DNA of 64,000 bases from Eubacteriales bacterium. Its GTDB lineage: Bacteria > Bacillota > Clostridia > Oscillospirales > UBA644. This document shows, piece after piece, positions 19,677 through 28,832 of this stretch (position 1 is its first letter; every line of letters begins with the position of its first letter). The stretch lies in the NCBI GenBank assembly GCA_045603745.1, contig JAZUMQ010000052.1, forward strand, positions 19,280-83,279. The letters are read 5' to 3'. The notes beneath the pieces are model-generated. The model saw only the letters and a list, made by a program, of their open reading frames with translations. It was not told where the DNA came from and did not search any database. A program made the position numbers and the translations under genes.

Positions 19677-20918
19677 ATGAAAAATGTATTTTTACTTGGG
19701 AATGGCTTCGATTTGCACCATATGCTACCGACCAAATATTTTGATTTTATGTGTGTTGCAGATTACTTGAAAAACAATCTTTTAGTCTCGCCACTTATTG
19801 CAGGGCATGTTTTTGCCAAATGCGAAAACAATGAAAATATAAAAAGGTGTTATAATTCTCACAAAGAAGTTTTCGATAGTCTTGAAATAGATTTAAAAAA
19901 AGCTAATGAAATCACAGCATCGCTAAACAATAATATGTGGTTTGACTATTTTTGGAATACTCTTGATATGGATTCCGGATGGATAGATTTTGAGAAAGAG
20001 ATTTCCACTGTTATCACCATTCTTGACGAACTTATAGATCAAGAGGAAAAAACTGTTTATTTGTCAGCACATGAATTATTGCCTGCGTTTATCTTATCGC
20101 ATTTTAGGTTTTTCATAGACATTTATGAAGATGCAGATATATGTCCTGGCGATAGTTTTGATATTAAGATCGAATATCTTAAGGAATATCCTCATAATTC
20201 TGATATTTTTGTAGTAGATAAGAATAAAGTTTTTGAGGTGCTATATAGACAACTTATTGATTTCAGTAAAGCGTTGAGCCTATACTTAAGGTGTTTTATT
20301 GAGAACGCTTTCACTTTATTACATAAGGACAATTATACAAATTGTCACAGAATTGATTTGTTGAACATGGCGGATAATGCTGTATCTTTTAATTATACCA
20401 ATACGTTGGAAAGGTTTTACTTTAATAAAAAGGCGTATCATATTCATGGGCTGGTTGAGAATGGAAATATTGTGTTGGGCGTAAATCCCAATGAATCCGA
20501 TGATATTGGAACCGACAATACAGCTTTGATAAAATTCAAAAAGTATTATCAGCGTGAAGTGTTTGGTACGGCAAAAGAGTATATAAAATGGTATAGAGAT
20601 ACAATAGTGGCAGGAACCGACTACAGAGTTATCACAATCGGTCATTCTCTTGATGAAACGGATAAAGATATATTATCAGATATGTTTCTTAATGCAAAGG
20701 AAATTTATATCACGCATTATGATGAAGAGAGTAAAGACGATTATATAAAGAACATTATAAAAGTATTTGGCAATGCCGGTTATAATAAATTCAAGAAAGA
20801 AAAAGGATTGGAATTCGTGCTTTTATCAAATATTGAGCAGCTGAGAGAAATAATTCAATCTGATGAAATTGATTGGAGTTTTGAAGGTTGTGCGAATGAG
20901 CAAATCGTGATTGTTTAA
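19677..20918 (+). CDS. AbiH-family (SIR2-like) abortive infection protein
   Basis: LLGNGFDL, SFNYT, HIHG, IGHSL motifs. Confidence 0.8.
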   Translation: MKNVFLLGNGFDLHHMLPTKYFDFMCVADYLKNNLLVSPLIAGHVFAKCENNENIKRCYNSHKEVFDSLEIDLKKANEITASLNNNMWFDYFWNTLDMDSGWIDFEKEISTVITILDELIDQEEKTVYLSAHELLPAFILSHFRFFIDIYEDADICPGDSFDIKIEYLKEYPHNSDIFVVDKNKVFEVLYRQLIDFSKALSLYLRCFIENAFTLLHKDNYTNCHRIDLLNMADNAVSFNYTNTLERFYFNKKAYHIHGLVENGNIVLGVNPNESDDIGTDNTALIKFKKYYQREVFGTAKEYIKWYRDTIVAGTDYRVITIGHSLDETDKDILSDMFLNAKEIYITHYDEESKDDYIKNIIKVFGNAGYNKFKKEKGLEFVLLSNIEQLREIIQSDEIDWSFEGCANEQIVIV

Positions 20919-20989
20919 TCCCTATTCTCTCTGGACTTGGCGTGCTTTCTGTGATATTGTGTGTGCTACCACGAAAAGGAGGCATACAT

Positions 20990-21262
20990 ATGACACAGAA
21001 GAAGCAAGTAAATACTGAAAACGGAGCGGTTCTGAAGCGGGATTTCCCGAGGCGGAGTCGCTCTCTCATTATCGGGGCGGAGGAGCTGAGGCGGCTATTT
21101 CCGAATGTCAATCCCGAGTATATCGACTTGGCAATCAAGCGGTTCGGTGACTATCGGTTCGGTGATGAGGAGAACGAGATCGAGGTGTTCGGAAAGATAC
21201 TGATATCGGTGATGATTCAGGACGCGCTCGACACAAAGGAGGACGGCGATGGGAATCCTTGA
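20990..21262 (+). CDS. hypothetical protein
   Basis: AGGAGG SD, upstream promoter motif. Confidence 0.6.
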   Translation: MTQKKQVNTENGAVLKRDFPRRSRSLIIGAEELRRLFPNVNPEYIDLAIKRFGDYRFGDEENEIEVFGKILISVMIQDALDTKEDGDGNP

Positions 21263-21521
21263 CGAATTATGGTACGGCAACGTCTCCCCCTGCGGGAGGG
21301 ACTTTAAGAAAGGCAGTAAGTATTCAGAACTGCTCGGGTACATTGTACGGCACGAGGAGGACTTGCAGAAAAGGCTGAACGACGAGGAAAAGGAGATCCT
21401 CGAAAAGTTCACCGAATGCACCAACGAGATGTACGGCATCGCGGAACGTGAGGCGTTCGTGCGAGGGTTTACGCTTGGCGCCAGGATCATCATCGAGGTG
21501 ATGAATACGGAAATCGAATAA
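21249..21521 (+). CDS. DUF6809-like small protein of Clostridial mobile elements
   Basis: ILDELWYGN...EAFVRGFTLGARIIIEV; GGAGG SD. Confidence 0.7.
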   Translation: MGILDELWYGNVSPCGRDFKKGSKYSELLGYIVRHEEDLQKRLNDEEKEILEKFTECTNEMYGIAEREAFVRGFTLGARIIIEVMNTEIE

Positions 21522-21647
21522 CGCAAAGAGGAATCGTACCAAAATGTGTGCAGTTCCTCTTTCCTTTCGATTCTCTCTGGACTTTGCATATTTTTCGAGT
21601 ATTCTTGTGTTGAGCCGCGAAAGGCGCGCTCGGAAAGGAAAATACAT

Positions 21648-22196
21648 ATGAAAAGATTAATCACCATCATCCTCGCACTTATTATGACGTTCTTTACAGC
21701 ACCGCGCAAGGGCGCAGATCAACCGCTCGTGACCGCCGTAAATCCGCCACAAACGGCGATAACAACGCAGGTGGAGCAAGTGCCCGATGAAAGCGAAAAG
21801 TCCGCAGAAACGGCACTTGTGAGCGGAACGGAGGAAGCCGAAACCGAGACTGAAACCACAGAAACAACGGCGGCAGAAAGTGAAATGCTCCCACCCGAAA
21901 CCAAGGTCACAACGGAAGAACCCGAACCGGTGATGGAAGAAACGGTGGCCGATGAAAGCGTCACAATCCCACAAGAACCGCTCGTTACCGAAACCGAAGA
22001 ACATGAGGCGAAGGAACAAGAAGAAAACACCGCATGCATCGACGAGGGCGACCAAAGCCTTGCGGAATACAAACCGCAGATCGGCGGGCAGCCGAATCCC
22101 TTCGAGAATGATACACCGACCGAGATCGATGACCGACCGGTAGAAGACTACATTGGCGAAGGCGAAGACCGTCCCGGCGAAGGAAAACACTTCTAA
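21648..22196 (+). CDS. secreted acidic low-complexity protein
   Basis: MKRLITIILALIM signal-like N-terminus; Glu/Thr-rich body. Confidence 0.65.
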   Translation: MKRLITIILALIMTFFTAPRKGADQPLVTAVNPPQTAITTQVEQVPDESEKSAETALVSGTEEAETETETTETTAAESEMLPPETKVTTEEPEPVMEETVADESVTIPQEPLVTETEEHEAKEQEENTACIDEGDQSLAEYKPQIGGQPNPFENDTPTEIDDRPVEDYIGEGEDRPGEGKHF

Positions 22197-22240
22197 AGAG
22201 CGACAGAGGAACCGTACGAAAGTGCGGTTCCTTTCACTGT

Positions 22241-22269
22241 TCAAATACTGCGCCGCAGTAAACAAAGAA
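22241..22269 (+). repeat. 29-bp module-boundary site, copy 3
   Basis: TCAAATACTGCGCCGCAGTAAACAAAGAA. Confidence 0.85.
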
Positions 22270-22288
22270 AAGGCATTTTAAATTTTGT

Positions 22289-22356
22289 GAAACAATCTGT
22301 TTCTATCCATTGACAAATCGGTTGCTGTATGTTACAATATAGAAACAAGACGTTTC
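22289..22356 (+). promoter_or_regulatory. promoter flanked by two GAAAC-N5-GTTTC operators
   Basis: Palindromes at 22289-22303 and 22342-22356 around TTGACA-17-TACAAT. Confidence 0.7.
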
Positions 22357-22374
22357 TATTTCTCGGAGGTGCTT

Positions 22375-22995
22375 ATGAAAAGCATACGAAACGAATCAAA
22401 ACCTGCTATTGTTCAGTTTATTGACGAGTATTATCATAAATATTATGAGATACCTTCCGTGCGCGAGATTGCAGCGGGGACGGGTATTTCGGTTTCCACT
22501 GTTCACCGTTGCCTCAGCGCGATGAAGGAGAACGGTGAACTTGAATACAGCGGTCGTCGTTCTGTCAGCACGCGCAGAATGGAAATGGAGCACAATCACT
22601 ATGCTATGCAAGTACTCGGTTACGTCGCTTGCGGTGAAGGTCAGGAGGAAACCGAAGAGATCATTGAGTACATTCGAATGCCCGAATCTCTTATCGGTAA
22701 GGGTGAGTTCTTTGCTTTGATCGCAAAGGGCGAGTCGATGGTGGATGCAGGTATTCTTCCCGGCGATTATGTTGTGATCCGCAAGCAGAATACTGCGGAC
22801 ATCGGTGATATCGTCGTTGCGCTTGATCAGGGCGTAAACAATTTGAAGGTGCTTGGCTACGACAAGAAAAAGAAAGCGTACTTCCTTCGCTCCTGCAACG
22901 AGGATAAGGAACGCTATGCGGATATCTATCCCGAAGCGCTTCAGATACAAGGCGTTGCGGTCAGCGTAACGCATAAGCTCGGGAAAATACTGTAA
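22375..22995 (+). CDS. LexA-like repressor (wHTH + S24 peptidase)
   Basis: PSVREIA HTH, VACG cleavage site, GESM catalytic Ser, catalytic Lys in NLKVL. Confidence 0.9.
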   Translation: MKSIRNESKPAIVQFIDEYYHKYYEIPSVREIAAGTGISVSTVHRCLSAMKENGELEYSGRRSVSTRRMEMEHNHYAMQVLGYVACGEGQEETEEIIEYIRMPESLIGKGEFFALIAKGESMVDAGILPGDYVVIRKQNTADIGDIVVALDQGVNNLKVLGYDKKKKAYFLRSCNEDKERYADIYPEALQIQGVAVSVTHKLGKIL

Positions 22996-23011
22996 ACGAA
23001 AGGAGCAATCT

Positions 23012-23917
23012 ATGCCCAAAGATATGTCATTGCTTGAAAAAGACGGTGAGCCCACCGAAGAAGAACTGAAGGAGTTTTTCCGCAAACACGATTTCAGCTC
23101 GCAGGTATCGTCCTTCGATGTTAACACAGCAAGCGAAAGTGAGAACCGACTGTATATCCGTGCAACAAAAATCTTCCGAGGCTCTTGGAATGATCAGGTG
23201 TATGCTCTCGGCGGTAAAAAGACTCTTCGCAATTTTTCTAAAAACGATCCGCTTCGCTGTCTTGAGGATTCTGAGGAAAAACTGGTGTCGGGTACTGTTG
23301 CAGAAATTGCTTCGGATGAATATCTTATTCAAAGTATCATTGATTCTGTTTTCTCAAGCTTCCAAAATGAGCTGTATGCGTCTGCATTAAAGCTTGCCGA
23401 GCAAAACGGAAAAACAATTGACGATCTTACGGATGAAGAGATCGCGCTTGTGATCGATTCGTTCTCGGATGAATTGCTTGCTTCGATGATGGGAAAGCTT
23501 TTGCTTACGCAGAGCGTTCCGGAAATACTTGGTGTTTTGAAAACAGACCGTGCGCACGAGGATTATAATCCGAGCGTACGTGAGAACCACGATCAGATTG
23601 ATTTCATAAGACATTGGGATCACTCGCGTAGCAGGGTGGGTCAAATGTTTTGCTTTGATGATATGGTTCAAGTTGATTTGAAAAACGATGACGGCAAGGT
23701 CAAAACTCCCGTTTATGTTGAGGATGAAGATGAAGAAAAGCTGTATCAGGAATTCCGTGCTCTGCTTACGGAAGAAGAGAAACTGATTGCGGATATGCGT
23801 TGGAATAAACAAATGACGCAGAAAGAAATTGCTGAAGCACTCGGTTATAAATCACACAGCGCTGTTACGAAGAAGCTGAAAAAGATGCGTGAAAAATTTG
23901 ATGCTATGAGAAAATAA
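23012..23917 (+). CDS. protein with C-terminal sigma70 region-4-like HTH
   Basis: LTEEEKLI...MTQKEIAEALGYKSHSAVTKKL. Confidence 0.65.
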   Translation: MPKDMSLLEKDGEPTEEELKEFFRKHDFSSQVSSFDVNTASESENRLYIRATKIFRGSWNDQVYALGGKKTLRNFSKNDPLRCLEDSEEKLVSGTVAEIASDEYLIQSIIDSVFSSFQNELYASALKLAEQNGKTIDDLTDEEIALVIDSFSDELLASMMGKLLLTQSVPEILGVLKTDRAHEDYNPSVRENHDQIDFIRHWDHSRSRVGQMFCFDDMVQVDLKNDDGKVKTPVYVEDEDEEKLYQEFRALLTEEEKLIADMRWNKQMTQKEIAEALGYKSHSAVTKKLKKMREKFDAMRK

Positions 23918-24173
23918 CATTCTGTCCCGTCGGTTCGGTATTCGAATCGGCGGGATTTTTATATTGAAACGCAAGCACGCTTCGGCGTGCTTTTCTTTTG
24001 CTGTAATACCGTTTGATTTTTTTGAAACACGTTTGGAACATTTTGAACTTCTCATGTCGTTTAGTATACGGAGAGACATTTTTAGTCCGAAAAACAAAGG
24101 AGGGGGTTAAAATGATTCGTTAAAGTATTCTTCCGAAATCAAATCACAACAAAAAGGAAAGGAATTATTTATT

Positions 24174-24386
24174 ATGAAAAAATCAAACATCAAAACATTC
24201 GAGGAGCTTCCGTACTTCATCAATGCGCAGGAGCTCGCAGATATTCTCGGCATTGCAATTTCGTCCTGTTACGAGTTGATGCATGAAAAAGATTTTCCGA
24301 CGATCCGTATCGGGAAACGTCTTGTCGTTCCCAAAGACAAATTTTTAATCTGGGTTAACGAGAACACCAAAGGAGGTATTAGATGA
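24174..24386 (+). CDS. excisionase-family HTH protein
   Basis: ELADILGI...FPTIRIGKRLVVP. Confidence 0.85.
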   Translation: MKKSNIKTFEELPYFINAQELADILGIAISSCYELMHEKDFPTIRIGKRLVVPKDKFLIWVNENTKGGIR

Positions 24387-24766
24387 AAAACATTTCTGAG
24401 ATCAGATTTGTAAAAGAACTCAAGGACTGCTATTTTCACAGGGACAGAAAATACGAAAATGCCGAGATCAAACAAAAGGCGCTCGAAGCAATGCTGATGC
24501 TGTGGAACGCAGACAATGTTGAATGCTGCGGATATATCTACTCGCAAGATATGATCCGTAACATGATGCTCAACAAAATGATGCCCGAAGAACTTGACGA
24601 TGCGATCAAGTGTTGGAAAGAGCACGGAGAAACAAGCGTCGAGCAATTATATCATCACTTGTTTTTAACCGTAGTGCTTGCGAACGCGCTGGAGTTGTTT
24701 CATAAAGTGATGAGGTGCGAATGCATTCCGATTGAATGCGAAATAAAAGTTAGAGTGGTTGCGTGA
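24383..24766 (+). CDS. hypothetical protein
   Basis: ATGA-coupled to xis; GGAGGT SD. Confidence 0.65.
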   Translation: MKNISEIRFVKELKDCYFHRDRKYENAEIKQKALEAMLMLWNADNVECCGYIYSQDMIRNMMLNKMMPEELDDAIKCWKEHGETSVEQLYHHLFLTVVLANALELFHKVMRCECIPIECEIKVRVVA

Positions 24767-24775
24767 GGTGAAGAG

Positions 24776-25204
24776 ATGTATTTGCAACAACAAAAAATGC
24801 AGAACTTCTTTCCCGTGCCGAATGAGATCTTCAGTCTCGGGCTCACCGACGGCGAGATCTTGGTGTATACGTTTCTGATGCGTTGCGAGGACAGAAAAAC
24901 GTTCAAGTGTCATCCGAGCTACGCAACGATCTGCGAAGCCATCGGTCGAAGCAAAAACAGCGTGAAGAAATACGTTCAAGGTCTTGAAAAGAAGGGGCTG
25001 ATCTTCACCGAGCCGACGAAAGTCAACACCAAGGACGGACGCGTTCACAACGGAAGTCTGTGCTACACGATCCTGCCGATCCGCGACGTTATAGAACGGC
25101 ATTACGAAAAGCAGCTTGAAATGGCACGGCTTGAATTGGCGAGAGCGAAGGCACAGGAAAAGCTGGAGCGTTACGACAAAAAGCATCGAAAAACAGCGGT
25201 TTGA
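24776..25204 (+). CDS. wHTH protein of replication-initiator type
   Basis: FFPVPN...EILVY...HPSYATI....RSKNSVKKYVQGLEKKGLI. Confidence 0.7.
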   Translation: MYLQQQKMQNFFPVPNEIFSLGLTDGEILVYTFLMRCEDRKTFKCHPSYATICEAIGRSKNSVKKYVQGLEKKGLIFTEPTKVNTKDGRVHNGSLCYTILPIRDVIERHYEKQLEMARLELARAKAQEKLERYDKKHRKTAV

Positions 25205-25403
25205 GGCAGAACTTATATTATAGCAGCCGGCTATAAATTTGTCAAGTGGTTATGGAGAAATTTTTCCTTAAGCCCTCGAATAAATATACAAATTTTGAAG
25301 TGCCGGTCAAGGGTAAAACGAGCGTGCTTCGCCCGCCCTTGACAGTCCCTTCAAAATTTGTTGAAGGCAGACAAGGGCTTAAGGAAAAATATGACGCGGC
25401 AGT

Positions 25404-26585
25404 TCATTCAAGTGACTGAACGTAATACGGTTTGTTGTCTCTCAGAACAGCATAAATAATGTTGGTCATTTTTCGTGTCGCGTGACCGATAACATTCATA
25501 TACGGTTTACCTTCGGCAAGTTTCTTTTGCAGAAATGCTTTCATATACGGATCATGCATAACTGCAGATACAGAGGCCATCCAAATTGCACGGCGAAGAT
25601 ATGGTGATCCACGCTTAGACATATGATTACGCGTCCCGGTGAATTCTCCCGACTGCTTGACAGTCGGATCCAGACCGGCAAATGCCGCCAGTTTAGCTGC
25701 CGAATCAAACCGGTGGATATCTCCGATTTCACTGAAGATTGTTGCACCGAGTGCCGGTCCAATCCCGGGAATCGTTGTAATGCAGACATCAAACTTGGAG
25801 AAAAGCTCAGCAATCTTAGCTTCGAGTTCCGCGATCTGCTGCTCTGCAAAACGGATGTGTTCCATATGATGCTTGATCAGAAGTCCCATCGTGTTGTATT
25901 CCAGAACGATTCCAAAAGAGTTCTCGGCAAGGTTGCGGATCTGCTTTGCCTTTTCCTCACCGAAACGATTGCGACTTGCCTGGGCAACCAACTGCGTCAA
26001 TTTTTCTGTGTCCAGCGACAGGATTTCTTCCGGTGTGGAATAATTGCGCAGAATCTCTGAGGAAGTCAGGCCAAAAATGTCGGTAAACAGTCTTTCATAT
26101 TCCGGGAATGACTGATCCAGCAGAGCGATTACTTTGTGCTTCAGGTCGGCAGTCATATCTACGATGAACAGTCTTGCACGGCAAAGCTCTCTCAGCTCGT
26201 ACAAATCGGACGGCGGCATCCCGCCTTCTGTGTATCTGCCAAAGCGTATAACCTCGGCAATGATGAATGAATCGTGTTCATCGTTCTTGATTTGGCGGAT
26301 ATACATTCCGCGCAGTGCATTTGATTGAATCGGGTTTAGTACGTGTACGGTATAACCGTGCTTTTTCAGATTGGAGTATAACGCTAACCAGTAGTGGCTT
26401 GTCGATTCCATTCCGATAGTGAAGTCAGAAGGATTCGGACTGATGGCATTCAGAATAGCTGTAAATTTTCTGAATCCATCCGCATCGTTCTTGAAGTTGA
26501 ATGCTTTGTGTACGAGCGCGCCGGAATCATCGATAACAATGGCTTCATGACTACGCTTAGCGATATCCACACCAACAATAAACAT
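25404..26585 (-). CDS. IS110-family transposase/recombinase
   Basis: GVDIAK, GMEST, KNDEHD (DEDD); TIPGIG, AGLDP..QSG, SKRGSPYLR. Confidence 0.95.
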   Translation of the reverse strand: MFIVGVDIAKRSHEAIVIDDSGALVHKAFNFKNDADGFRKFTAILNAISPNPSDFTIGMESTSHYWLALYSNLKKHGYTVHVLNPIQSNALRGMYIRQIKNDEHDSFIIAEVIRFGRYTEGGMPPSDLYELRELCRARLFIVDMTADLKHKVIALLDQSFPEYERLFTDIFGLTSSEILRNYSTPEEILSLDTEKLTQLVAQASRNRFGEEKAKQIRNLAENSFGIVLEYNTMGLLIKHHMEHIRFAEQQIAELEAKIAELFSKFDVCITTIPGIGPALGATIFSEIGDIHRFDSAAKLAAFAGLDPTVKQSGEFTGTRNHMSKRGSPYLRRAIWMASVSAVMHDPYMKAFLQKKLAEGKPYMNVIGHATRKMTNIIYAVLRDNKPYYVQSLE

Positions 26586-26624
26586 GCTCAAAATTTCCTT
26601 TCATTCAGATTACGGACATCGTCC

Positions 26625-26885
26625 TCACATCCCTATGGCTCACAACCTGCTTCGACATTAGAGGAAAGCACAAGGCTCCGACATCCGGCCGATAAATGCA
26701 TACCCATAGGGCAGAGGTCTCAAACTGCTTCAAGTGAACACAGAGTCACAGGGTTAATAGAAGAGAATCCTCTGTCCGTTGGTTTTATTATATCATATCC
26801 GAATGTAATCCGGAACTGATACCGTGGAATTTACTGTGTATGTTTATTCAAAGAATATTCAACATTTGAGGCAGATCCCGCCTCG
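26625..26885 (-). ncRNA. putative IS110 bridge RNA
   Basis: Two stem-closed loops in the non-coding end upstream of the transposase, containing segments that match the target and donor junctions. Confidence 0.6.
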
Positions 26886-27145
26886 ACTTATATTATAGCA
26901 GGTTAAAGGAAGGCTGGCTCACACTCGTGTTTTGCCGCCTTCCGATCACATCGGGCGGCAACAGCCGACCGAAAAAGCACCGTTTTAGGGCGTTTTTGAA
27001 AGGAAAACGGAGGCAACCGATAAAACCAGCATTGGTGCCCAGTTTTGCGATTCACACTCGAAAAGTGTGAAAATAATCGAAAATTGCCCCATATTACGCC
27101 CTTTTTACGGTGTGAAGAATGAGAAATACAGAAAGGAAGATCAAA

Positions 27146-27571
27146 ATGAAAGAACAAAACGAAAAGCTGAGAACCACCATTTATATTGACGAAGAGCTCG
27201 TCAAGCGCGCGGAAATTCTCTTCGGAGAAGCCAAGGTCAACTCCTTCTCCGCCTTCGCTTCCAAGGCAATCGAAAGCTATATCACAAAGCTTGTCATCGA
27301 TAAGAACGGCGACCTCCTCTCGGACGAGATCAGGAAAGCGATCAAGAATGAGCTCGGTCCGATCAACACGAGAGTGTCAAAGGGACTCTATCGTTACGCA
27401 GTCGAGATCGATACCATCGTTCAAATTATTGCTGAGGTGTATGGATTCAACCCGAAATTCGTTGAAGGATATCGCAAGAAGGCGGAAGGTCACGTTTACA
27501 AGCTCAAGGGCAAGATCGATTACGCGGCACTGATGGATCCGAAGTTCGCTGAGGATGAGGAGGACGAATGA
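27146..27571 (+). CDS. RHH-type protein resembling relaxosome accessory proteins
   Basis: RTTIYIDEELV...SFSAFASKAIESY ribbon-helix-helix pattern. Confidence 0.55.
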   Translation: MKEQNEKLRTTIYIDEELVKRAEILFGEAKVNSFSAFASKAIESYITKLVIDKNGDLLSDEIRKAIKNELGPINTRVSKGLYRYAVEIDTIVQIIAEVYGFNPKFVEGYRKKAEGHVYKLKGKIDYAALMDPKFAEDEEDE

Positions 27572-27656
27572 TGAAAATTAAATTCTTTCTTCCGATTCTC
27601 TCTGGACTTGTGAAAAAGTTGTGGTATAGTGTGTTGTTGATGAGAAAGGAGTTGAT

Positions 27657-28832
27657 GTGATGCCAAAGAAACGTCCTGCGGGCGACGGAATGGTTCGTCA
27701 GAAGAAGCGCGGTCAATGGGAAGCGCGCATCGTCGTCGGTCACAAGGATGACGGCAAGCCGATCTACCGTTACGTCTACGGCAAAACGCAGAAGGAGGTG
27801 CTCGATAAGCTTCATCAGCGCATCGAGGACTACCGCGGTGTGGAGCTGACCGAGGACAGCAAGATGACGCTGGGTGAGTGGCTTGACAAGTGGCTGAACG
27901 AGTATATGCTTTTCACCATCCGCGAGAGCACGTGGAAGGCTTATGAAACCACCGTGCGCCTTCACATCAAGCCTTACCTTGGCGACAAGCAGATCGCCTT
28001 CGTCACCACCGCCGACGTGCAGAGGATGTACAACAAGCTCAAGCGTAGCGGACGGTCGGAAGCGCATCCAATCCACGGACACAAGCTGTCCGACAGCTAC
28101 GTGCGTAAGATCCATATGATGCTTCACGAAGCGATGGACACGGCAGTGAAGGAACGGCTCATCGTGAAGAACCCGACAAACGGCACGACGATCCCGAAAA
28201 CCAACTATCCGCCCAAGCAGATCCTCACCGATGCACAGCTTGAAAAGTTTATTGCCGTGGTAATGGAGGACGAGCTGTGGCGCGACTTCTTCTACACCGA
28301 GCTGACAACGGGACTTCGTCGCGGCGAGATCTGCGGTCTGCGGTGGACTGACTTCAACGAGTCGACAGGACACCTCAAGGTGTCGCGCACGGTGCTTGTA
28401 AAGACGGGCGGAGGACTGACCTGGGGCGACACCAAGACCGAAACCGGTATGCGAACGATCCTCCTGCCACCGAGCACCGCCGAGATGCTTCGGGAGCGGA
28501 AGAAAAATTCATACAGCGAGTGGATCTTCCCGAATCTCTACAAGCCCGAGCAGCCCCTCTATCCCGGCTCAGCCTATAATCGTATGAAGGTGCTCTTAAA
28601 GAAAGCGGAGCTTCCGCTGATCCGCTTCCACGATCTGCGCCACACCTTCGCCACCCACGCGCTGACGGGCGGTGTGGATGCCAAGACGCTGTCAAAGATC
28701 CTCGGTCACACCAACGCAAGCTTCACTCTCGACACCTACACCCACGTTACAACCGATATGCAGAAGCGTGCGTCAAAGATCGTGGGCGGGTTCTTGGATG
28801 ACTTGATAATCAAGGAGGATGACAATGGCTAA
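27657..28832 (+). CDS. tyrosine integrase 1
   Basis: Arm-binding N-terminus, TGLRRGE, FHDLRHT, LGH, YTH. Confidence 0.95.
   Translation: MMPKKRPAGDGMVRQKKRGQWEARIVVGHKDDGKPIYRYVYGKTQKEVLDKLHQRIEDYRGVELTEDSKMTLGEWLDKWLNEYMLFTIRESTWKAYETTVRLHIKPYLGDKQIAFVTTADVQRMYNKLKRSGRSEAHPIHGHKLSDSYVRKIHMMLHEAMDTAVKERLIVKNPTNGTTIPKTNYPPKQILTDAQLEKFIAVVMEDELWRDFFYTELTTGLRRGEICGLRWTDFNESTGHLKVSRTVLVKTGGGLTWGDTKTETGMRTILLPPSTAEMLRERKKNSYSEWIFPNLYKPEQPLYPGSAYNRMKVLLKKAELPLIRFHDLRHTFATHALTGGVDAKTLSKILGHTNASFTLDTYTHVTTDMQKRASKIVGGFLDDLIIKEDDNG

Larger units (their letters stand above)
25225..26901 (-). mobile_element. IS110-family insertion sequence
   Basis: DEDD transposase, no terminal inverted repeats, 16-bp ACTTATATTATAGCAG at both junctions (25211-25226, 26886-26901); exact ends inferred. 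Confidence 0.85.
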
